A stretch of DNA of 64,000 nt from Candidatus Woesearchaeota archaeon (GTDB lineage: Archaea > Nanobdellota > Nanobdellia > Woesearchaeales > JAFCFN01): positions 3,068 through 67,067 of the forward strand of contig JAFCFN010000003.1 in the NCBI GenBank assembly GCA_017608625.1, given 5' to 3'. The translations under genes were made by a program, and so were the position numbers. This document shows positions 59,640 through 64,000 of this stretch, piece after piece (within the stretch, counting starts at the first letter, position 1; each line of letters starts with the position of its first letter). The notes below the pieces were generated by a model. The model was not told the origin of the DNA. It worked only from the letters and a program-made list of their open reading frames with translations, and did not search any database.

Positions 59640-62111
59640 ATGACAGACTTTAACAAAATAGAAAGAAAATGGCAAGAGGAGTGGGAGAAGAATAAGATTT
59701 TTGAAGTAAAAAAAGATCTTAATAAGAAAAAATTCTATTGTTTAGAAATGTTTCCATATCCTTCTGGTTCTGGTTTGCATATGGGACACGCTTTAAACTA
59801 CACAATTGGAGATATTTATGCAAGATTTAAAAGAATGCAAGGATTTAATGTTCTTTATCCTATGGGTTATGATTCCTTTGGTTTACCAGCAGAAAATGCA
59901 GCAATTAAAGCCAAAAAGCATCCTAAGATATTTACGAATGCCTCAATAAATAATTTCATAAAACAACAAAAAAGTCTTGGTTTAAGTTATGATTGGAGCA
60001 GGATAATATCTACATGCACTCCTGAATATTATAAATGGAATCAATATTTCTTTTTAAAGTTTTTAGAAAAGGGATTAGTATACAGAAAAAAAGCTGCAGT
60101 TAACTGGTGCCCTAAATGCAATACTGTTTTAGCAAATGAACAAGTTCATGATGGCAAATGCTGGAGACATAAAGATACTGATGTAGAGATAAAACATTTA
60201 GAACAGTGGTTTATTAAAACTACAAAATATGCTGAAGAGCTTCTTGAAGATATCCAAAAATTAGAATGGCCAGAAAGAATTAAAGTAATGCAACAAAATT
60301 GGATTGGAAAAAGTTATGGAACAGAAATTTATTTTGAAATTATCAAACCAGATGGCAAGAAAGAAAAATGGCCGATTTTTACAACTCGTCCTGATACAAT
60401 TTATGGAGTCACTTTCATGGTTATCTCTGCACAACATCCTCGTTTGATGGAGCTTGTGACAGACGAACAAAAAGAAGAAGTTGAAAAATTCTTGAAAAAG
60501 TTAAAATCAACAAGTGCAAAAGACATAGAAACATTAGAAAAAGAAGGTGCATTTACAGGTTCTTATGCTATTAATCCATTAACAAATGAAAAAGTCCCAA
60601 TCCATGTTGGAAACTTTGTAGTTGCAGAATATGGATCTGGAATGGTGATGGCAGTTCCTGCCCATGATCAAAGAGATTTCGAATTCGCAAAAAAATATAA
60701 TATTCCAATTAAAGTTGTAATTGAACCTGATGCTTATTCTCTTAATCCTAAAAAAATGGTGAGAGCATATACTCAACAAGGTCACCTAATCAATTCAGGG
60801 GGATTTACTGGAATGAACAACCTGGATGCAATAGAAGAAATAACAAAATATCTGGAAAAGAAAAAACTTGGAAAGAAAACTATCCAATATAAGTTAAAAG
60901 ATTGGTTAATTTCAAGGCAAAGATATTGGGGTACACCAATACCTGTTATCTACTGTGATAAGTGTGGTATTGTTCCTGTCCCAGAGAAAGATTTGCCAGT
61001 ATTACTTCCAGAAAAAGTTAAGTTTGGTGAAGGAAATCCCTTAGCAACAAACAAGGATTTTATTGAAACTACTTGTCCTAAATGCAAAGGAAAAGCTAGA
61101 AGGGAAACTGATACTATGGATACTTTCTTTGATAGCAGTTGGTACTTCTTAAGATATTGCGATCCTAAAAATAATGAAATACCTTTTGATAAAAACAAAG
61201 TAAAATACTGGATGCCTGTTGACCAATATATAGGAGGAGCAGAACATGCATGCATGCATTTGATATATGCTAGATTTTTTACCAAGGCTTTAAGAGACTT
61301 AGGTTTTCTAGACTTTGATGAGCCATTTAAGAGACTTTTCAATCAAGGCATGCTACATGGAGAAGATGGTTTTGTTATGAGTAAATCAAGGGGCAATGTT
61401 GTTTTACCAGAAGAGGTATCTAAAAAATATGGAATAGATACCGCAAGATTATTTTTAGTTTCTGTAGCTTCTCCTGATAAAGATGTACAATGGAGTGAAA
61501 ATGGAATAGAAGGAAGCTTGAAATTTATTAAAAAACTATTCAATTATTTTGAAAACATAAAACTAAGCAAATCAAGCGAAAGAGTTGAAAGCAAACTAAA
61601 CAAAACAATCAAAGAAGTTACAGAAGATATTGACAATTTCAGATATAATCTTGCAGTAATTAAATTAAGGAAACTATTCGAAACTTTTGAAGAAGAAATA
61701 AGCAAAGAAACTCTTGAAACATTCCTTAAACTGATGCATCCATTTTGCCCTCACATTACAGAAGAGCTTTGGCATAAACTTGGTAATACAACTTTTATTA
61801 GTCTGGAAAAATGGCCTGTTGCTGATGAAAGCAAGATTAATGAAAAATTTGAAGAACAGGAAAAAATTATTGAAAATACAGTTTCAGATATAAACAATAT
61901 TGTAAAGATAATGAGAAATAAAGGGAAAAAAGCAGAAAAAGTCTATCTTTATGTATTGCCTAATGAAATTGATATCTACAATAAACAAGAAATAGAAAAA
62001 AGAACTCAATTGGCTATTGAAATATTTTCAGTAGCTGATAAAAATAAGTATGACCCTGAAAACAAAGCAAAAAAAGCAAAGCCAAATAAACCAGCCATCT
62101 ATATAGAATAA
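59640..62111 (+). CDS. leuS: Leucine-tRNA ligase (bacterial-type core, archaeal-type C-terminus)
   Basis: MFPYPSG..LHMGH, FTTRPDT, SRQRYWG, MSKS; ends YDPENKAKKAKPNKPAIYIE. Confidence 0.96.
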   Translation: MTDFNKIERKWQEEWEKNKIFEVKKDLNKKKFYCLEMFPYPSGSGLHMGHALNYTIGDIYARFKRMQGFNVLYPMGYDSFGLPAENAAIKAKKHPKIFTNASINNFIKQQKSLGLSYDWSRIISTCTPEYYKWNQYFFLKFLEKGLVYRKKAAVNWCPKCNTVLANEQVHDGKCWRHKDTDVEIKHLEQWFIKTTKYAEELLEDIQKLEWPERIKVMQQNWIGKSYGTEIYFEIIKPDGKKEKWPIFTTRPDTIYGVTFMVISAQHPRLMELVTDEQKEEVEKFLKKLKSTSAKDIETLEKEGAFTGSYAINPLTNEKVPIHVGNFVVAEYGSGMVMAVPAHDQRDFEFAKKYNIPIKVVIEPDAYSLNPKKMVRAYTQQGHLINSGGFTGMNNLDAIEEITKYLEKKKLGKKTIQYKLKDWLISRQRYWGTPIPVIYCDKCGIVPVPEKDLPVLLPEKVKFGEGNPLATNKDFIETTCPKCKGKARRETDTMDTFFDSSWYFLRYCDPKNNEIPFDKNKVKYWMPVDQYIGGAEHACMHLIYARFFTKALRDLGFLDFDEPFKRLFNQGMLHGEDGFVMSKSRGNVVLPEEVSKKYGIDTARLFLVSVASPDKDVQWSENGIEGSLKFIKKLFNYFENIKLSKSSERVESKLNKTIKEVTEDIDNFRYNLAVIKLRKLFETFEEEISKETLETFLKLMHPFCPHITEELWHKLGNTTFISLEKWPVADESKINEKFEEQEKIIENTVSDINNIVKIMRNKGKKAEKVYLYVLPNEIDIYNKQEIEKRTQLAIEIFSVADKNKYDPENKAKKAKPNKPAIYIE

Positions 62112-63016
62112 TGGAAAAGGTAGATTTTATTTGGATAGATGGGCAATTGCTTGAATGGGATAATGCAACAACTCATATTCTAACCCACACCCTTCATTAT
62201 GGAGCAGGTGTTTTTGAAGGCATAAGATGTTATAACACAACAAAAGGTCCAGCCATTTTCAGATTAAAGGAGCATGTTGATAGGTTATTTAATTCTGCCT
62301 CTTTATTGAAAATAAAAATTCCCTTTACAAAAGAACAAATAATCGATGCAGTAAAAGAAACAATAAAAGCAAATAATCTAAATGCTTGCTATATAAGACC
62401 TATTGTTTATTATGGCTATGGGGTTATGGGACTAAATCCAAAAGGAGCTCCTGTTAATGTTGCAATAGCGGTTTGGCCATGGGGCACTTATTTAGGTGAA
62501 GAAGGTTTAGAAAAAGGAATCAAAGTAAAAATCTCTTCTTACAAAAGAATTCCTGGAGCGTTAAACCAAGCCAAGATTTGTGGCAACTATTACAATTCAA
62601 TCCTCGCTAAATTAGAAGCATTAGAAAATGGCTATGATGAAGCACTTATGTTTGATACAAACAACTTTGTAGCAGAAGGTTCTGGAGAAAATATTTTTAT
62701 AATTAAAAATAATAAAATAATCACACCAAAATTAACTTCTGTTTTAAAAGGAATAACAAGAGATTCTATACTAAATATAGCAAAAGATCTTGGCTATGAA
62801 ACACAAGAAAAAGATATAACAAAACAAGAGCTTTTGAATGCTGATGAAGCATTCTTTACAGGGACAGCAGCAGAAGTAACACCAATAAGACAAATTGATA
62901 ATAAAATTATTGGCTTAGGTAAAAGAGGACCCATAACAGAAAAACTCCAAACAAAATTCTTTGACATTGTCAAAGGAAATGATGAAAAATATTTCAATTG
63001 GTTGGAGTTTTTATAA
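62111..63016 (+). CDS. ilvE: Branched-chain amino acid aminotransferase
   Basis: LHYGAGVFEGIR, YIRP, EGSGEN, GITR, GTAAE. Confidence 0.95.
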   Translation: MEKVDFIWIDGQLLEWDNATTHILTHTLHYGAGVFEGIRCYNTTKGPAIFRLKEHVDRLFNSASLLKIKIPFTKEQIIDAVKETIKANNLNACYIRPIVYYGYGVMGLNPKGAPVNVAIAVWPWGTYLGEEGLEKGIKVKISSYKRIPGALNQAKICGNYYNSILAKLEALENGYDEALMFDTNNFVAEGSGENIFIIKNNKIITPKLTSVLKGITRDSILNIAKDLGYETQEKDITKQELLNADEAFFTGTAAEVTPIRQIDNKIIGLGKRGPITEKLQTKFFDIVKGNDEKYFNWLEFL

Positions 63017-63244
63017 ATGCTTAAACTTAAGTTAATATACAACAATCTTACAGGCACATATATTTTAAATCCTTATACTGATTCTAGGCAGGAATTTGAT
63101 AATTTTGAACAAGTAAAAGATTATTTTTTGCAGCCAAGATTCAAAAAAAGAAAAATAAAATTAGAAACAAATTTTAAAAAAGAAGGAAAAGGAAAAGAAC
63201 TCTCAATTCTTGAAGAAATCCTTAAAAAAGCAATTATAAAATAA
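63017..63244 (+). CDS. Hypothetical protein
   Basis: ORF abutting the ilvE stop. Confidence 0.5.
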   Translation: MLKLKLIYNNLTGTYILNPYTDSRQEFDNFEQVKDYFLQPRFKKRKIKLETNFKKEGKGKELSILEEILKKAIIK

Positions 63245-63246
63245 AG

Positions 63247-63520
63247 TGGGCAAGCATGCCCAGAGATGGATATAATATTGCCCACCAGCTACCTTAACTC
63301 TTTCTTGATTCCGCTACCCCATAAGCATCAATTCAAATAGTTAGTGCTGCTCCATTCCTGGCCTGACACATTTCCTATAAGCATTGATCCTATGGGACAG
63401 AATCTCATAGTCCGAGTTAAGACCAGCGAGCAAAGCTTATACCTCTCTCCAGGCTTCGACCCCATGTAAAGCCCATTCATGGTTACAGGAGAGGGCTAAC
63501 CTCCCGGTCTAGCTTGCCCA
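63247..63520 (-). ncRNA. ffs: Archaeal SRP (7S) RNA
   Basis: Terminal helix TGGGCAAGC/GCTTGCCCA, Alu-like TGTAACC, helix 8 TCAGGCCA-GGAA-TGGAGCAGC. Confidence 0.9.
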
Positions 63521-63554
63521 TGTAAAAATAATATTTGAGCTTTTAAAAAGATTG

Positions 63555-64000
63555 CTATAATTGTTTTAAAAAATGACACATTGCATCTCTTGCTTTTTCT
63601 TTATACTCCTCAGGTACAGCTAAAATAAAAGGATTTTCAGGCAAACCTAGTTCTTTTGCATAGGCTTCAACAGTTTTTGGTCTCAACTTACTTATCTTTC
63701 TTATTTGACCGTTATGTTCTAAAACATTAAACTCATAGTTTTTCAATCGTGGTTCACTTAGTAAAACAGAATTAATTGGAAAATCTGCAATGACATACTC
63801 TTTTCTTAATCCTATTTTCTCACCAATATACTCTTCTATTTTTTCACTTCCAATATTGTCTAATTTCTTAAATTTTTCAAATGTTTCATCTTCTGCCAAT
63901 TCATAATCATACATAACATAAGCTCTTTTAAATAGATCTCTCTTCCTCACTCTCTCAATTAAATGTTTTGCTATTGGATTTTTGATATACCTTAATCTTT
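63555..64000 (-). CDS. C-terminal part of a probable HD-domain phosphohydrolase (runs off window)
   Basis: Frame open to the window edge; LIERVRKRDLFKRAY resembles the C-terminus of HD/dNTPase proteins. Confidence 0.5.
   Translation of the reverse strand, partial: RLRYIKNPIAKHLIERVRKRDLFKRAYVMYDYELAEDETFEKFKKLDNIGSEKIEEYIGEKIGLRKEYVIADFPINSVLLSEPRLKNYEFNVLEHNGQIRKISKLRPKTVEAYAKELGLPENPFILAVPEEYKEKARDAMCHFLKQL

Noticed and set aside
1..64000. CRISPR arrays, rRNA genes, transposases, integrases, inteins
   Set aside because: No regularly spaced repeats, long GC-rich RNA genes or matching protein motifs seen; GyrA, Hef and LeuRS have normal lengths

Overview
AT-rich archaeal chromosome segment, most likely DPANN (Woesearchaeota/Nanobdellota-like). 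This is inferred from the archaeal ribosomal proteins, a fused PriS-PriL primase, a KKAQ-type prepilin signal and DPANN-style hypothetical families. Most of the window is housekeeping: the L3-L14e ribosomal superoperon with secY, the S13-rpoD-S9-rpoN operon, pheS/pheT, leuS, pelota, PCNA, Hef, an RNase J-like nuclease, ScpB and GyrA. Features missing from the ORF track that I read directly from the sequence: RNase P RNA, SRP RNA, four tRNAs (tRNA-Gly(CCC) split by three introns, tRNA-Leu(CAA) split by two, tRNA-His, tRNA-Leu(GAG)), Sec61-beta, a zinc-ribbon ORF and a frameshifted TBP pseudogene. The most notable candidates are: (1) a surface operon at the left edge with paralogous lipoprotein-like subunits, a pilin-signal protein and a membrane-anchored paralogue fused to a GH73-like glucosaminidase, possibly a host attachment and wall-lysis apparatus; (2) the multi-intron tRNAs; (3) an in-frame palindromic insertion with an 11-bp direct repeat inside rps13; (4) a Leu/Ile/Val-rich 28-codon leader ORF with alternative hairpins upstream of leuS-ilvE; (5) a ~210-nt multi-hairpin leader of the L3 operon. 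All protein family calls come from motif recognition by eye; no database searches were run.
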